Assembly: GCA_004379165.1 (NCBI GenBank)
Contig: NKXK01000031.1
Span: 215 to 64,214, forward strand
Direction: 5' to 3'
Source: Rhodocyclaceae bacterium
Lineage (GTDB): Bacteria; Pseudomonadota; Gammaproteobacteria; Burkholderiales; Rhodocyclaceae
DNA: 64,000 bases
Within the stretch, counting starts at the first letter, position 1. The number at the start of each line of letters is the position of its first letter. The notes under the pieces are model-generated. The model was not told where the DNA came from. It worked only from the letters and a program-made list of their open reading frames with translations, and did not search any database. Below are positions 51,615 to 64,000 of this stretch, one piece after another. Position numbers and translations under genes: made by a program.

Positions 51615-52805
51615 GTGAATCCGCATCTCGCCCAACTCCAGCCCTACCCGTTTGAAAAGCTGCGCGCCCTGTTCGCCGGCGTCACGCCCAACCCGCAATA
51701 CAAGGAGATCAAGCTCTCCATTGGTGAACCGCAGCACGCCACGCCGCCGTTCATCATGGAGGCGCTGGCCAATGGTCTGAAAGGCTTGGCCAACTACCCG
51801 ACAACCCAGGGCATCCCGGCACTACGCAACGCCATCGCTGCCTGGTGCGGCCGGCGCTATGGCCTTGACCTGAATCCGGAAACGGAAATCCTGCCGGTCA
51901 ATGGCTCCCGCGAAGCGCTGTTTTCCTTTGCGCAAACGGTCATCAATCCCGGCCTCGGCTTCACGCCGATTGTCGCCAGCCCGAATCCGTTCTACCAGAT
52001 CTACGAAGGCGCCGCCTACCTGGCTGGCGCCGAGCCGCGCTTCCTGAACAACCTGCCGGAAAACGGCTTCGCCTTCGACTACTGCCAGCTGACCGATGCC
52101 GAATGGGCGCGGGTGCAGATGTTCTACGTCTGCTCGCCGGGCAACCCGACCGGCAAGGTGCTGTCGCTCGACGACTGGAAGACGCTGTTTGCGTTGTCCG
52201 ACAAATACGGTTTCATCATCGCTTCCGACGAGTGCTATTCCGAAATCTACTTTGATGAAGCCAACCCACCGATAGGTGGCTTGCAGGCGGCCAAGCTGCT
52301 GGGCCGTACGAACGAACGCCTTGTAATGTTCTCGAGCCTGTCCAAGCGCTCCAACGTGCCGGGCATGCGCTCCGGTTTCGTGGCGGGCGACGAGAAGATC
52401 CTCAAGAAATTCCTGCTCTACCGCACCTACCACGGTTGTGCGATGGCGCCACCGGTACAAACCGCCTCCGTCGCTGCCTGGAACGATGAAGCGCACGTGC
52501 TCGATAACCGCAACCAGTACCGTGCCAAATTTGCTTCCTGCACGCCGCTGATGGCCGAAGTGCTCGGCACCGGCATGCCCGACGCCAGTTTCTACCTGTG
52601 GGCGAAAACCCCCATCGCCGACACCGAATTCGCCCGTGGCCTGCTCGAACACTATAATGTCGTGGTTCTGCCCGGCAGCTTTCTCGCCCGCGAATCGCAA
52701 GGCGTAAATCCGGGCGCCAATTTCATCCGTATCGCGTTGGTCGCCGGCTTGGAGGAATGCCTCGAAGCCACCCAGCGCATCCGTCAATTCGCACAACAAC
52801 TGTAA
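51615..52805 (+). CDS. dapC: Succinyldiaminopimelate transaminase (betaproteobacterial DapC type)
   Basis: 396 aa class I aminotransferase with a GTG start. NPHLAQLQPYPFEKLRAL.., PLP Lys in SLSKRSNVPGMRSG. Sits directly upstream of dapD. Confidence 0.85.
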   Translation: MNPHLAQLQPYPFEKLRALFAGVTPNPQYKEIKLSIGEPQHATPPFIMEALANGLKGLANYPTTQGIPALRNAIAAWCGRRYGLDLNPETEILPVNGSREALFSFAQTVINPGLGFTPIVASPNPFYQIYEGAAYLAGAEPRFLNNLPENGFAFDYCQLTDAEWARVQMFYVCSPGNPTGKVLSLDDWKTLFALSDKYGFIIASDECYSEIYFDEANPPIGGLQAAKLLGRTNERLVMFSSLSKRSNVPGMRSGFVAGDEKILKKFLLYRTYHGCAMAPPVQTASVAAWNDEAHVLDNRNQYRAKFASCTPLMAEVLGTGMPDASFYLWAKTPIADTEFARGLLEHYNVVVLPGSFLARESQGVNPGANFIRIALVAGLEECLEATQRIRQFAQQL

Positions 52806-52822
52806 TTTAGAGAGATCACCAC

Positions 52823-53638
52823 ATGAGCCATCCGCTGCAAGCCGCCATCGACGAACTCTGGGAAAAGCGCACCGAACTGACCACCCAGTCCACCGAAGCG
52901 ATCAAGATCATCGAATCCGTCATCGCCGATCTGGATGCTGGCAAGCTGCGCATCGCTGAAAAATTCAATGGCGAGTGGATCGTCAATCAGTGGGCCAAAA
53001 AGGCCGTGCTGCTCTCCTTCCGTACCCGCGACAACCGCATCCAGAAAGCCGGCGACATCAACTTTTACGACAAGGTTGACACCAAATTCCAGGGCTGGAC
53101 TGAAGAACAGTTCAAGGCTGGCGGCTTCCGCGTCGTTCCGGGCGCCTTTGCGCGCAAGGGCTCGTTCATTGCCAAGAACGCCGTGTTGATGCCCTCTTAC
53201 GTCAACATCGGCGCCTACGTCGATGAAGGCACGATGGTCGACACTTGGGCCACCGTCGGTTCCTGCGCCCAGATCGGCAAGAACGTGCACCTCTCCGGCG
53301 GCGTCGGCATCGGTGGCGTGCTCGAACCGATCCAGGCCGGCCCGGTCATCATCGAAGACAACTGCTTCGTTGGCGCCCGCTCGGAAGTCGTCGAAGGCGT
53401 GATCGTCGGCGAAAACTCCGTCATCTCGATGGGTGTCTACATCGGCCAGAGCACCCCGATTTACGACCGCGAAACCGGCGAAGTCACCTACGGCAAGATC
53501 CCGCCGGGCTCGGTGGTCATCTCCGGCTCGCTGCCGAAGGATGGCGGCAAGTACAGCCTGTACGCCGCGATCATCGTCAAGAAGGTCGACGCCCAGACGC
53601 GCTCCAAGACCAGCATCAACGAACTGCTGCGCCCCTAA
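52823..53638 (+). CDS. dapD: 2,3,4,5-tetrahydropyridine-2,6-dicarboxylate N-succinyltransferase
   Basis: 271 aa with hexapeptide repeats and a typical N-terminus ([12 protein letters not shown]). Confidence 0.96.
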   Translation: MSHPLQAAIDELWEKRTELTTQSTEAIKIIESVIADLDAGKLRIAEKFNGEWIVNQWAKKAVLLSFRTRDNRIQKAGDINFYDKVDTKFQGWTEEQFKAGGFRVVPGAFARKGSFIAKNAVLMPSYVNIGAYVDEGTMVDTWATVGSCAQIGKNVHLSGGVGIGGVLEPIQAGPVIIEDNCFVGARSEVVEGVIVGENSVISMGVYIGQSTPIYDRETGEVTYGKIPPGSVVISGSLPKDGGKYSLYAAIIVKKVDAQTRSKTSINELLRP

Positions 53639-53662
53639 TCCCCTCCCCGCGAAGGTCTTGCC

Positions 53663-56870
<3,208 letters not shown>

Positions 56871-56905
56871 ACGGTTTTTCGCGTTCACCGTAGCACCGTC
56901 GGCCT

Positions 56906-58534
56906 ATGGCCTTGGTGCTATTTACACGACATATGTGGCGCAGGACAATTAGCCTCGGTATGTCGACCAAAACTCAGGATACTCCGGTCTTTCGCTCCCG
57001 CCTTCGCTCCCGGCGCGGGTTTGCATTGCTGATTGCCCTCCTTGTCGGTCTCGGCGCCTTCGCCATCCACATGGTCGTCAGCGCTGAAATCCGCCGCGCT
57101 GAACTCAAGTTCGAAGCCGAGGTTCAGGCTGTCGCCGACAACGTCAAGCGCAAACTGCATGCCAACGAGGCCGTGCTATCCGGCTTCGTCGCCTTCCTGC
57201 AAGCGGTAGAAAGGCACGACCTGGCCGCGACACGGCGCTATGCCCAAGCGGCCCTCGCGCCGTTCGAGCACATCTACATGCTTGAAGTCGCACGCCGGGT
57301 TCTGCCGGAAGAGCAAGCAGACTTCGAACACAGCCTGCAGACCAGTCGTCCAGACTTCCGCATCCGGAGCTTTGGCGAGGTCACCCGGCGTGACTATCCC
57401 CAACGCTCTTCCGAGCGAGCCTCTTGGCCCATCGTTTTTCTGCATCCGCCACTCCCTGCCGCCGAAGCCATTCATGGCGTTGATGTCGCCACGGTGCCAC
57501 ATGTCGACGCTATTCTGTCTGCCGCGACGGCAACCCGCAGCGCCTGGACCACGCCGATCTTCGAAATGCTTGAAGGGGGCCGTGCTTACATTCTGCTTCA
57601 GGCAATTGAACGTAGCGCAGAGGGCGATTCACGTAACAAACCCAATTACTTCGGTAATCAGATGGTCGCACTGATGCTGGTTCGCGTTGAATCCCTGCTG
57701 CCGGAGAACATTGATCCCGGACTCGCCGTCTCTTTGCGCGTCGGCAATGTAGGAGGCATCCCGGACGAAATTATGATTCCGGAAACTCGCGAGAGTGCAA
57801 TGCGGGCCGGCGCCTTCCTGTTACCGGTGTTCTCCCGGAGCGTCAGCTCAGGCAGCCTCTCCCAGCCCCTGCAACTGAGCATGACCCGACAATTAAGGTG
57901 GCAGGATCTCGCGAACAGCGGTTTTATCCTGCTCATGATTGGCATCTGCATCGTTCTCGTCCTCGCCAGTTTCAATATTTACCAGCAGATCGGCACCATG
58001 CACACTGCAGCCGAAGAACACGAGCGTGCCGAACATCAGGCGATGCACGATGCCCTGACTGGGCTGCCCAACCGGCATTTGCTGGCGGATCGCGTGCGGC
58101 AGGCCGTGCATCGCTGGGAACGCCACGGCAGCCACTTTGCTGTACTGGTCGTCGACCTTGATTACTTCAAGGACATCAATGACAGCTACGGCCACGAAGC
58201 CGGCGACCGGGTACTTGGCGTCACCGCCAGCCGGATGGCCACACAGTTGCGGGCCAGCGACACCATCGCCCGATTTGGCGGCGACGAGTTTATCATCATC
58301 CTTACCGATATTCTTTCAGCAGCCGATGCCGAAGGCGTTGCCGAAAAGGTTCGCTGCGCTGTCGCCCAGCCAATTTCCATCGGCCGGCATGAAATTTCTG
58401 TGACCTGCAGCCTGGGAATCAGCCTGTGCCCGGATGACGGGATCGACTTCAACACCCTGCGCCACGCCGCCGATCTGGCAATGTACGAGGCCAAAGGACA
58501 CGGACGGAACACCATCGCCGTCGCCCACGGCTGA
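56906..58534 (+). CDS. Membrane-bound diguanylate cyclase with periplasmic CHASE-like sensor domain
   Basis: TM, then a ~270-aa periplasmic domain (SWPIVFLHPP..HGVDV..), a second TM, then a GGDEF domain with RFGGDEFIIIL and an RxxD I-site (RASD) 5 residues upstream. Start ambiguous (56906, 56933 or 56960). Confidence 0.85.
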   Translation: MALVLFTRHMWRRTISLGMSTKTQDTPVFRSRLRSRRGFALLIALLVGLGAFAIHMVVSAEIRRAELKFEAEVQAVADNVKRKLHANEAVLSGFVAFLQAVERHDLAATRRYAQAALAPFEHIYMLEVARRVLPEEQADFEHSLQTSRPDFRIRSFGEVTRRDYPQRSSERASWPIVFLHPPLPAAEAIHGVDVATVPHVDAILSAATATRSAWTTPIFEMLEGGRAYILLQAIERSAEGDSRNKPNYFGNQMVALMLVRVESLLPENIDPGLAVSLRVGNVGGIPDEIMIPETRESAMRAGAFLLPVFSRSVSSGSLSQPLQLSMTRQLRWQDLANSGFILLMIGICIVLVLASFNIYQQIGTMHTAAEEHERAEHQAMHDALTGLPNRHLLADRVRQAVHRWERHGSHFAVLVVDLDYFKDINDSYGHEAGDRVLGVTASRMATQLRASDTIARFGGDEFIIILTDILSAADAEGVAEKVRCAVAQPISIGRHEISVTCSLGISLCPDDGIDFNTLRHAADLAMYEAKGHGRNTIAVAHG

Positions 58535-58546
58535 ATTCCGACCGGT

Positions 58547-60007
58547 TCAGCGCAGGTCGGCCAGTATCGCCGTCAACAATTGCCAGCAGCGCGCCACCGA
58601 AGCGACTTCAACCGCTTCTCCCGGCGCGTGTGCGCCGCGAATGGTCGGACCGAAAGACACGATATCCATCCCGGGATACACCGCGCCGATCAGGCCGCAC
58701 TCCAATCCGGCATGGATCACCTGCACCGACGAAGTCGCCGAAAACTCGCAGGAAAACACCGCCTGACAACGCTGCAACAACGTCGACGCGGGATTCGGCG
58801 ACCAACCGGGGTAAGCCCCGGCCGGCACCGCGTCCATGCCGGCCAGCGCGCACAGGCTGATGATCTCGCCTGCCAGCGCCTTGGCAGCGCTATCGACGAG
58901 CGAGCGCACCATGAAATTGCACTCCCCCGCGCCTGGCGACAGTGTCACCATACCCAGATTGTTCGACGTCTCGACCACGCCGGCAAGCCGCGAACTCATG
59001 CGCCTGACACCATGCGGCGCCGCGTGTAGCAAATTCAGCCATTTTTCACGGTCGACCGCAGACAACACCTGCGTTGCCTCGCCAGCGCTCAGCTGCAAAC
59101 GCAAGCCCTCATCGACCCCCGCTAGCTCTGCGCGCAGCATCGTCTCGATCTCTGCCACCCGCCCCGGAAGGATCGCCACAGCCTCAGGTGATAACGCCAG
59201 CACGGCCGTCGCTTCACGTGGCAGCGCGTTGCGTGCCGTTCCACCCTGCAATGCGGCAAGCTCAAAGGGCAGATTCAGCGCCTGCAAAGCCCGCACCAGC
59301 AACTTGATCGCATTGCCACGGCCTTCGTGGATATCGACCCCCGAATGCCCGCCGCGCAACCCGGACATCGTCAGGCTGCACACCTCCATTCCCTTGGGCA
59401 GATCGACCGGTCTTCCCTGGTGGGCCACATTCACATCCAGGCCTCCTGCACACCCGAGATAGAACTCACCCCAGGCCTCGGTATCCAGATTCAGCATCAG
59501 GCGCCCCTTCAGCCAGCCCGGCGCCAAGCCCCGCGCGCCGCCCATACCGGCCTCCTCATCCACTGTCAGCAACACCTCCAGCGGCCCGTGCGCCAGCGTC
59601 TGGTCCTCCAGCACCGCCAGCATCAAGGCGACGCCGATCCCGTTGTCCGCACCCAGCGTCGTTGCTTCGGCACGCAGCCAGCCCTCACGTAGTACCGGGC
59701 GGATCGGATCACTCGTGAAGTCATGCGTGCAGCCTGAGTTCTTCTGACACACCATGTCGAGATGCGCTTGCAGCACAACGCTCGGCGCCGATTCATAACC
59801 GGCCGCTGCCGGCTTGCTCAGCAACAGGTTGCCCACCGCGTCGACCTCCGCCCCCAATCCCTGGGACAAAGCCCACTGTTGAAGGTGATCCCGCAGACGT
59901 GCCTCACCCTTGGACGGCCGAGGAATCGCGCAGAGCGTGGCAAAATGACGCCATACGGACGTGGGCGAGAGCGTAGCGAACGGATCAGGCAGCGACAATT
60001 CAGACAT
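58547..60007 (-). CDS. pepD: Aminoacyl-histidine dipeptidase (PepD, M20C)
   Basis: 486 aa from the ATG at 60007: LSPTSVWRHFATLCAIPRPSKGE, LQAHLDMV, GADNGIGVA, TVDEEAGMGGA. The ORF-track N-terminal extension to 60160 reads through the tRNA-His gene and is an artefact. Confidence 0.9.
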   Translation of the reverse strand: MSELSLPDPFATLSPTSVWRHFATLCAIPRPSKGEARLRDHLQQWALSQGLGAEVDAVGNLLLSKPAAAGYESAPSVVLQAHLDMVCQKNSGCTHDFTSDPIRPVLREGWLRAEATTLGADNGIGVALMLAVLEDQTLAHGPLEVLLTVDEEAGMGGARGLAPGWLKGRLMLNLDTEAWGEFYLGCAGGLDVNVAHQGRPVDLPKGMEVCSLTMSGLRGGHSGVDIHEGRGNAIKLLVRALQALNLPFELAALQGGTARNALPREATAVLALSPEAVAILPGRVAEIETMLRAELAGVDEGLRLQLSAGEATQVLSAVDREKWLNLLHAAPHGVRRMSSRLAGVVETSNNLGMVTLSPGAGECNFMVRSLVDSAAKALAGEIISLCALAGMDAVPAGAYPGWSPNPASTLLQRCQAVFSCEFSATSSVQVIHAGLECGLIGAVYPGMDIVSFGPTIRGAHAPGEAVEVASVARCWQLLTAILADLR

Positions 60008-60020
60008 GGCAGCACTCCAA

Positions 60021-60056
60021 ACGAAAAACCCCCGCCTGCCTCGCGGCGGACGGGGG
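60021..60056 (-). terminator. Rho-independent terminator downstream of tRNA-His
   Basis: Minus strand: CCCCCGTCCGCC / GGCAGGCGGGGG stem with a small internal mismatch and a 4-nt loop, followed by TTTTTCGTTT. Confidence 0.6.
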
Positions 60057-60065
60057 TTTAAATCT

Positions 60066-60142
60066 TGGGGCGACATACCGGGATCGAACCGGTGACACCT
60101 GGAATCACAATCCAGTGCTCTACCGACTGAGCTAATGCCGCC
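60066..60142 (-). tRNA. tRNA-His (anticodon GTG)
   Basis: Reverse complement is GGCGGCATTAGCTCAGTCGGTAGAGCACTGGATTGTGATTCCAGGTGTCACCGGTTCGATCCCGGTATGTCGCCCCA. It has a 7-bp acceptor stem plus the His-specific extra G-1 pairing with C73, anticodon loop TTGTGAT, a TTCGATC T-loop and an encoded CCA. Confidence 0.93.
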
Positions 60143-60158
60143 GTCGATGAAGGCGCGC

Positions 60159-60187
60159 ATTGTATGGGCTTTACGCGCTGCTGTCCA
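60159..60187 (-). promoter_or_regulatory. Candidate sigma-70 promoter for tRNA-His (TGGACA-N17-TACAAT) with GC-rich discriminator
   Basis: Minus strand: -35 TGGACA (60187-60182), 17-nt spacer, -10 TACAAT (60164-60159), then GCGCGCC before the mature 5' end at 60142. Confidence 0.55.
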
Positions 60188-60252
60188 GCGTTTCCAAAAA
60201 TTCTTTCAACTTTCTTCAACGGCGCGGGTGCAGATGCAGACATCAACGGCCG

Positions 60253-60261
60253 TGCTAGAAT
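60253..60261 (+). promoter_or_regulatory. Candidate extended -10 element (TGcTAGAAT) upstream of tig
   Basis: TGCTAGAAT lies 42 nt upstream of the tig ATG, and an AAGGA SD precedes the ATG. No convincing -35. Confidence 0.35.
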
Positions 60262-60302
60262 TGGCGGTTTATTTTTCGGCCCTGTTGTCACAAGGAATTC
60301 TC

Positions 60303-61607
60303 ATGGAAGCAACCACTGCACAAGCTAACGAACTCGAACGTCGTGTCGACCTCTCCATCGCCATCGCTGGCGTCGAGAAGGAAATGGAACAGCGCCTGAA
60401 GCGCATGGGCAAGAACATGAAGATGCCTGGCTTCCGTCCGGGCAAGGTGCCGTTCAATATCGTCAAGCAGCAGTATGGCGACCAGGCCCGCCACGAAGTC
60501 CTGTCCGAGGAACTCGACCGCGTTTTCGGCCAGACCGTGACCGAACAGAAAATGCGCGTTGCCGGTTATCCGCGCATCGAGCCGAAGACCACAGAAAGCA
60601 CCGAGCACCTTGAATTTACCGCCATTTTCGAGGTTTATCCGGAATTCGCACCGGGCGACCTGAGCGCCGCCGAGATCGAGCGTCCAGTACTCGAAGTGGG
60701 CGCCGCCGAAGTCGACAAGACCCTCGACATCCTGCGCAAACAGCGCGTTTCCTACGCTGATGCCGATCGTGCCGCCGCCAAGGAAGACCGTGTGGTGATC
60801 GACTTCGTTGGCAAGAAAGATGGCGTCGCCTTCCAGGGTGGCACGGCTGCCGACTATCCCTTCGTTCTCGGTCAGGGCATGATGCTCCCCGACTTTGAAA
60901 ACGCTGTTGAAGGTGCCAAGGCAGGCGAAACCAAGACTTTCGATCTGACCTTCCCCGAGGACTACCACGCCAAGGATCTGGCTGGCCAAACCGTCCAGTT
61001 CGAAATCTCCGTCAAGCAGGTACAAGCACCGGTGCTGCCGGAAGTCGACGCCGAGTTCGCCAAGGGAATGGGCATTGCCGACGGCGATATTGCCAAGATG
61101 CGCGGCGAGATTGAAGCCAACCTGAAGCGCGAAGTGAAGCGCCGCATCGAAGCCAAGCTCAAGGACCAGGTCATGGAAGCCTTGCTCAAGGCGAACCCGA
61201 TCGCCATCCCGAATGCACTGGTCGACATTGAAATCCAGCGTCTGATTCAGGCTGCCCGCCAGGACATGGAACAGCGTGGCATGAAGACCAAGGATTTCCC
61301 GATTCAGCCGGAGTGGTTTGCCGACCAGGCGAAGCGTCGGGTTTCCCTTGGCCTGATCCTTGCTGAGGTTGTGAAGACCGAGAAGCTTCAGGCGACCCCG
61401 GAGCAAGTGAAGGCCATGGTTGAAGAAACCGCCGCCAGCTACGAGCAACCGGAAGAAGTGGTGCGCTGGTACTACGCCCAGCCGCAGCGTCTGCAGGAAG
61501 TTGAAGGTGTGGCAATCGAAAACAACGTGGTTGAATGGGTTCTGGGCAAGGCCAAGGTTAGCGACAAGGCTGCCGTGTTTGATGAACTGATGGGCCAGAA
61601 GCAGTAA
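60303..61607 (+). CDS. tig: Trigger factor
   Basis: 434 aa from the ATG at 60303: ..MPGFRPGKVPFNIVKQQYG.., central FKBP-like domain, conserved tig-clpP-clpX-lon order. The ORF-track start at 60135 lies inside the tRNA gene. Confidence 0.96.
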   Translation: MEATTAQANELERRVDLSIAIAGVEKEMEQRLKRMGKNMKMPGFRPGKVPFNIVKQQYGDQARHEVLSEELDRVFGQTVTEQKMRVAGYPRIEPKTTESTEHLEFTAIFEVYPEFAPGDLSAAEIERPVLEVGAAEVDKTLDILRKQRVSYADADRAAAKEDRVVIDFVGKKDGVAFQGGTAADYPFVLGQGMMLPDFENAVEGAKAGETKTFDLTFPEDYHAKDLAGQTVQFEISVKQVQAPVLPEVDAEFAKGMGIADGDIAKMRGEIEANLKREVKRRIEAKLKDQVMEALLKANPIAIPNALVDIEIQRLIQAARQDMEQRGMKTKDFPIQPEWFADQAKRRVSLGLILAEVVKTEKLQATPEQVKAMVEETAASYEQPEEVVRWYYAQPQRLQEVEGVAIENNVVEWVLGKAKVSDKAAVFDELMGQKQ

Positions 61608-61663
61608 GTTGACCAAGGTTCTGAAAACAACAATTGTCCGAATCACTACAAACAAGGGCTGAC

Positions 61664-62293
61664 ATGAATATCGACAACGCAAGCAACTGGGATCCGCAGG
61701 CACTGGGCCTCGTCCCGATGGTGGTGGAACAGAGCGGCCGCGGCGAACGCGCGTACGACATCTATTCGCGCCTGCTGAAGGAGCGTGTGATATTCCTTGT
61801 CGGCCCGGTTAACGACGTCAGCGCCAATCTGGTCGTCGCCCAACTACTGTTCCTAGAGGCGGAAAACCCCGATAAGGACATCTACTTCTACATCAACTCG
61901 CCAGGTGGCTCGGTCACGGCAGGCATGTCGATCTACGACACCATGCAGTTCATCAAGCCGGACGTTTCCACACTGTGCATCGGTCAGGCGGCGTCGATGG
62001 GCGCCTTCCTGCTGAGCGCGGGCACCAAGGGCAAGCGCTTTGCGCTGCCCAACTCCCGAGTGATGATCCATCAGCCGCTGGGCGGCTTCCAGGGCCAGGC
62101 CTCCGACATTGCGATCCACGCCCGCGAGATTCTCTCGATCAAGGACAAGCTCAACCGCATCATGGCCGAGCACACCGGCCAGCCGCTGGAGCGGATCGAG
62201 AAGGACACCGATCGCGACAATTTCCTTTCTGCCGCCGAGGCTGCAGAATATGGTCTGATTGACAAGGTTTTGACACGCCGCGACGCGGCTTAA
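61664..62293 (+). CDS. clpP: ATP-dependent Clp protease proteolytic subunit
   Basis: 209 aa from the ATG at 61664: [18 protein letters not shown], catalytic [16 protein letters not shown]. Confidence 0.96.
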   Translation: MNIDNASNWDPQALGLVPMVVEQSGRGERAYDIYSRLLKERVIFLVGPVNDVSANLVVAQLLFLEAENPDKDIYFYINSPGGSVTAGMSIYDTMQFIKPDVSTLCIGQAASMGAFLLSAGTKGKRFALPNSRVMIHQPLGGFQGQASDIAIHAREILSIKDKLNRIMAEHTGQPLERIEKDTDRDNFLSAAEAAEYGLIDKVLTRRDAA

Positions 62294-62308
62294 CGAGTAG
62301 AGGTATCG

Positions 62309-63571
62309 ATGTCCAAAGGCAGCCAGGAAAAACTGCTCTACTGCTCCTTCTGCGGCAAGAGCCAGCACGAGGTGAAGAAGCTGATCGCCGGCCCGTCCGT
62401 GTTCATCTGCGACGAGTGCATTGCGCTGTGCAACGACATCATCCGCGACGAGTTGCCGGAAGAGTCTGCCAAGGCGGGCCGCTCCGACCTTCCGACGCCG
62501 CGCGAAATCAGTGCCATTCTCGACCAGTACGTGATCGGTCAGGAAGTCGCCAAACGCATCCTCGCCGTTGCGGTTTACAACCATTACAAGCGTCTGCGCC
62601 ATACCGCCAAGAACACCGGCGAAGTGGAACTGGCAAAAAGTAACATCCTGCTCATCGGCCCGACCGGCTCCGGCAAGACGCTGCTTGCCCAGACGCTGGC
62701 ACGCATGCTCAACGTCCCCTTCGTGATGGCCGATGCCACCACGCTGACCGAAGCCGGCTATGTCGGCGAGGACGTCGAGAACATCATTCAGAAGCTGCTA
62801 CAGAAGTGCGATTACGACATCGAGAAAGCGCAGCAGGGCATCGTCTATATTGACGAAATCGATAAGATTTCACGCAAGTCCGACAACCCGTCGATTACCC
62901 GTGACGTCTCCGGCGAAGGGGTGCAACAGGCACTGCTCAAGCTGATCGAAGGTACTACGGCCTCGATACCGCCGCAGGGTGGTCGCAAGCACCCGAACCA
63001 GGACTTCGTTCAGGTCGACACGACCAATATCCTTTTCATTTGCGGCGGCGCCTTTGCAGGCCTGGAAAAGGTGATCCAGAAGCGCTCAGAAAAGGGCGGC
63101 ATCGGTTTTGGTGCCGAGGTCAAGAGCAAGGACGATGGCAAGGCTGTCGGCAAGATCCTGCTTGAAACCGAACCCGAGGATCTGATCAAGTTCGGCCTGA
63201 TTCCCGAACTTATCGGTCGCCTGCCGGTTGTCGCGACGCTGCAGGAACTGGAAGAAGATGCCCTCGTCCAGATTCTGACCGAACCGAAGAACGCACTGGT
63301 CAAGCAATACCAGAAGCTGTTTGCGATGGAAGAAGTCGAGCTGGACATCCGTCCGGCCGCCCTCTCAGCCATCGCCCGCAAGGCGCTGGAACGCAAGACC
63401 GGCGCCCGTGGCCTGCGCTCGATCATCGAGCATGCGCTGCTCGACACGATGTACGAACTCCCCGGCATGGAAAATGTCGAAAAGGTCGTCATCGATGAAA
63501 ACATGATCACCGGCGAAACGCCGCCCTTGCTCATTTACGCTGACCAGCCCAAGGTTTCCGGCTCAAACTGA
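62309..63571 (+). CDS. clpX: ATP-dependent Clp protease ATP-binding subunit ClpX
   Basis: 420 aa: zinc-binding N-terminus [15 protein letters not shown], Walker [18 protein letters not shown]. Confidence 0.97.
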   Translation: MSKGSQEKLLYCSFCGKSQHEVKKLIAGPSVFICDECIALCNDIIRDELPEESAKAGRSDLPTPREISAILDQYVIGQEVAKRILAVAVYNHYKRLRHTAKNTGEVELAKSNILLIGPTGSGKTLLAQTLARMLNVPFVMADATTLTEAGYVGEDVENIIQKLLQKCDYDIEKAQQGIVYIDEIDKISRKSDNPSITRDVSGEGVQQALLKLIEGTTASIPPQGGRKHPNQDFVQVDTTNILFICGGAFAGLEKVIQKRSEKGGIGFGAEVKSKDDGKAVGKILLETEPEDLIKFGLIPELIGRLPVVATLQELEEDALVQILTEPKNALVKQYQKLFAMEEVELDIRPAALSAIARKALERKTGARGLRSIIEHALLDTMYELPGMENVEKVVIDENMITGETPPLLIYADQPKVSGSN

Positions 63572-63581
63572 GTCGGGGGCT

Positions 63582-63609
63582 CTTGAAACCCGGTTTCCTG
63601 CCCCCACCT
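63582..63609 (+). promoter_or_regulatory. Candidate sigma-32 heat-shock promoter for lon (CTTGAAA-N13-CCCCACCT)
   Basis: CTTGAAA at 63582-63588, a 13-nt spacer, then CCCCACCT at 63602-63609. This fits the E. coli RpoH consensus CTTGAAA / CCCCATnT and lies about 32 nt upstream of the lon ATG. Confidence 0.6.
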
Positions 63610-63640
63610 ATGGGGAACATACCTATTCAAAGGCATCGTA

Positions 63641-64000
63641 ATGTCGAACCCCAACACGCTCCCGGAAACCGTCGAACTGCCGCTGCTGCCGCTGCGGGAT
63701 GTCGTCGTGTTTCCGCACATGGTCATCCCGCTGTTCGTGGGTCGCCCGAAGTCGATCAAGGCGCTGGAACTGGCCATGGAGTCCGGCAAGAACATCCTGC
63801 TGGTCGCCCAAAAATCCGCCGCCAAGGATGAGCCGGAACCGGAAGATCTGTACCGGATCGGCTGCATGGCCAATATCCTGCAGATGCTCAAGCTGCCCGA
63901 CGGTACGGTCAAGGTTCTGGTTGAGGGCACACAACGGGCACACGTCGACGCCATAGAAGTGCAGGCGAACCTGTTCATGGCCACGGCCACGCCGCTGACC
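63641..64000 (+). CDS. lon: Lon protease, N-terminal 120 aa (continues past the right window edge)
   Basis: Not in the ORF track (no stop in window). Translation is MSNPNTLPETVELPLLPLRDVVVFPHMVIPLFVGRPKSIKALELAM..ILQMLKLPDGTVKVLVEGTQRA, nearly identical in pattern to the E. coli Lon N-terminus. Confidence 0.93.
   Translation, partial: MSNPNTLPETVELPLLPLRDVVVFPHMVIPLFVGRPKSIKALELAMESGKNILLVAQKSAAKDEPEPEDLYRIGCMANILQMLKLPDGTVKVLVEGTQRAHVDAIEVQANLFMATATPLT

Noticed and set aside
60008-60160. N-terminal extension of the pepD ORF (MRAFIDGGISSVGRALDCDSRCHRFDPG...).
   Set aside because: This peptide is simply the translation of the tRNA-His gene and its terminator. PepD homology begins at the ATG at 60007, which has an SD.

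Overview
This is a GC-rich chromosomal window of about 55 protein genes plus one tRNA. Gene order and protein sequences look betaproteobacterial, possibly Rhodocyclales-like, but I cannot verify that without a database search. Coding density is very high, and the supplied ORF track is full of long antisense shadow ORFs typical of high-GC DNA.

Right part (21.5-64 kb): conserved housekeeping synteny.
- trmH-like, then rnhB-lpxB-lpxA-fabZ-lpxD-skp-bamA-rseP-dxr-cdsA-uppS-frr-pyrH-tsf-rpsB, all on the minus strand.
- An orphan rmlD, then map-glnD.
- A purine/MTA salvage trio, then galU-ligA-zipA-smc.
- A guanine-deaminase-like gene and a small lipoprotein.
- dapC-dapD-pilU-like-dapE-prmB.
- A CHASE-GGDEF cyclase, pepD and tRNA-His.
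- tig-clpP-clpX-lon.

Left part (1-21.5 kb): the less ordinary region.
- A Tn5/IS50-like IS4-family transposase runs off the left edge and is missed by the ORF track.
- A Wolinella-type dihaem fumarate reductase, frdCAB.
- A translationally coupled operon of unknown function: fused ThrE/YjjPB-like exporter, 2H phosphoesterase and YitT membrane protein.
- A secreted FKBP.
- ppsA, a PdhR/LldR-type GntR regulator with three near-consensus operators, lutA-lutC-lutB, a fused Dld-II type D-lactate dehydrogenase, a Usp, ppc and ppsR.

I found no CRISPR array, prophage, toxin-antitoxin pair or recognisable defence system. Nothing here can honestly be called a demonstrably new system. The most system-like signals are:
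- the clustering of lactate oxidation, the pyruvate/PEP/oxaloacetate node, fumarate reduction and a putative succinate exporter;
- the apparent insertion of a 10-kb block between ppsA and its regulator gene ppsR;
- the uncharacterised exporter/2H-phosphoesterase/YitT operon.

All functional calls rest on my recognition of motifs and remembered homologues, not on searches.
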